Shown here: in pieces, positions 63,167 through 64,000 of the stretch | Numbering within the stretch: the stretch's first letter is position 1 | Layout of the letters: the number at the start of each line of letters is the position of its first letter | The notes under the pieces: model-generated | The model's database searches: none | Told to the model about the DNA's origin: nothing | What the model saw: the letters and a program-made list of their open reading frames with translations, nothing else | Source: Cenococcum geophilum | Taxonomy: Eukaryota | Assembly (NCBI GenBank): GCA_050273025.1 | Contig: CP158635.1 | Location: 23,002,001 to 23,066,000, forward strand | Direction of reading: 5' to 3' | Length of the DNA: 64,000 bases | Program-made: the position numbers and the translations under genes

Positions 63167-64000
63167 TCACCATTTCCAATCGAAAAGGCCTCCGGATCTA
63201 AACTCTATGCTCCGCAAAAATGCCTTGTTGGAGTTCGGATCCACGAGTTGCTGAGCATCCACTACGTACTTTTGGTCCTGTGGACCCGAAGGAGGTGTGA
63301 TTTGAGCCAGCCAAGATACGTTATTGACATCGCGAGCTTCTTTAAGTGGCCCGAACTTTCGAATAATAGTAAGGACCACGTCGTCTGGCCTTCCTTCCTG
63401 CGTGTGGCGACGACGGAAGAGAGCGTACGAGGTATCACACGCCGGCTCAGGGCAGTGCCTCCAGGATGACCTGCAGCTCCAGCAAGCCCATGGATCGCAG
63501 CGGCGGAAATGCACCCCATTTAGGCCCTCGCATTCGAGGGGACAGAAGGGTTGGTAGGCAGTTGGATCACTCACGTGGAGGTGCGGGCATATTTGCTCAC
63601 TCATTGAAGATATCGCTAGTGTAAGTAGATCCTCTGATACCATTTCTCTCGGTTTGGCTGTAAGTATCAGGATCCTTCTTAATATTTCATGCATTGGGGC
63701 ATGTTGTGGCTTTAGAAACCTTGATTGTAATCGGATTATCGGTCCCGGTATTGCGCTCTCGTCTGGATCTTGTGCGTGGTCCGGACTCGCACAGACGAGG
63801 AAAGGTCTTACCGTAAACGTAGTGTTTTTGCAGCAGGGAGAGTCTAGGTGGAGCTTTCGAAGGTCCTCGAAAGTGAAACTGCAATGAGAGCAGAGTTCTA
63901 CGACGCCTTCCGCACCTATGCAGAGACGCGATTCTGGCGGCTCCAATAACTGTTGTGAGGAGAATTTGGATCTGGGATGAAGCATACGGCAGTTGCTGCA
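63167..64000 (-). CDS. Hypothetical Cys-rich protein, 5'-truncated by the window edge (possibly the C-terminal region of an F-box-type protein)
   Basis: Frame is open to the window edge (CSNCRMLHP). Contains LCSHCSFTFEDL, ICPHL and C...C motifs. The family guess is inference only. Confidence 0.6.
   Translation of the reverse strand, partial: CSNCRMLHPRSKFSSQQLLEPPESRLCIGAEGVVELCSHCSFTFEDLRKLHLDSPCCKNTTFTVRPFLVCASPDHAQDPDESAIPGPIIRLQSRFLKPQHAPMHEILRRILILTAKPREMVSEDLLTLAISSMSEQICPHLHVSDPTAYQPFCPLECEGLNGVHFRRCDPWACWSCRSSWRHCPEPACDTSYALFRRRHTQEGRPDDVVLTIIRKFGPLKEARDVNNVSWLAQITPPSGPQDQKYVVDAQQLVDPNSNKAFLRSIEFRSGGLFDWKW

Overview
Filamentous ascomycete (Pezizomycotina) genomic DNA. GC-balanced gene islands with spliceosomal introns alternate with AT-rich blocks of nested transposons inactivated by RIP (TpA excess, in-frame TAA/TAG). 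Apparently intact genes: an ABM-barrel protein, an AA7/BBE-like FAD oxidase, a GPI-anchored Ser/Thr-rich protein, an alpha/beta hydrolase, a JMJD7-like JmjC protein, a secreted CE4 deacetylase with two tandem N-terminal domains, and a partial hypothetical gene at the right edge. Pseudogenes: a TPP-dependent enzyme, a GH3 beta-glucosidase split by an 11-kb TE nest, and an IMP1-like peptidase carrying RIP mutations. TEs: three full-length Tad1-like LINEs, three Cryptons, three hAT elements, pogo/Fot1 and Tc1 elements, MITEs, a chromovirus fragment and several solo LTRs. Best findings: (1) a ~1-kb non-autonomous retroposon headed by a predicted HDV-like ribozyme with an unusual P1.1 and ending in a LINE-type tail; (2) a CCC...GGG MITE family inserted in TATA with an AT duplication or none; (3) RIP inactivation of the housekeeping-type gene IMP1; (4) Crypton end structures. 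All calls come from manual reading; no searches were run.
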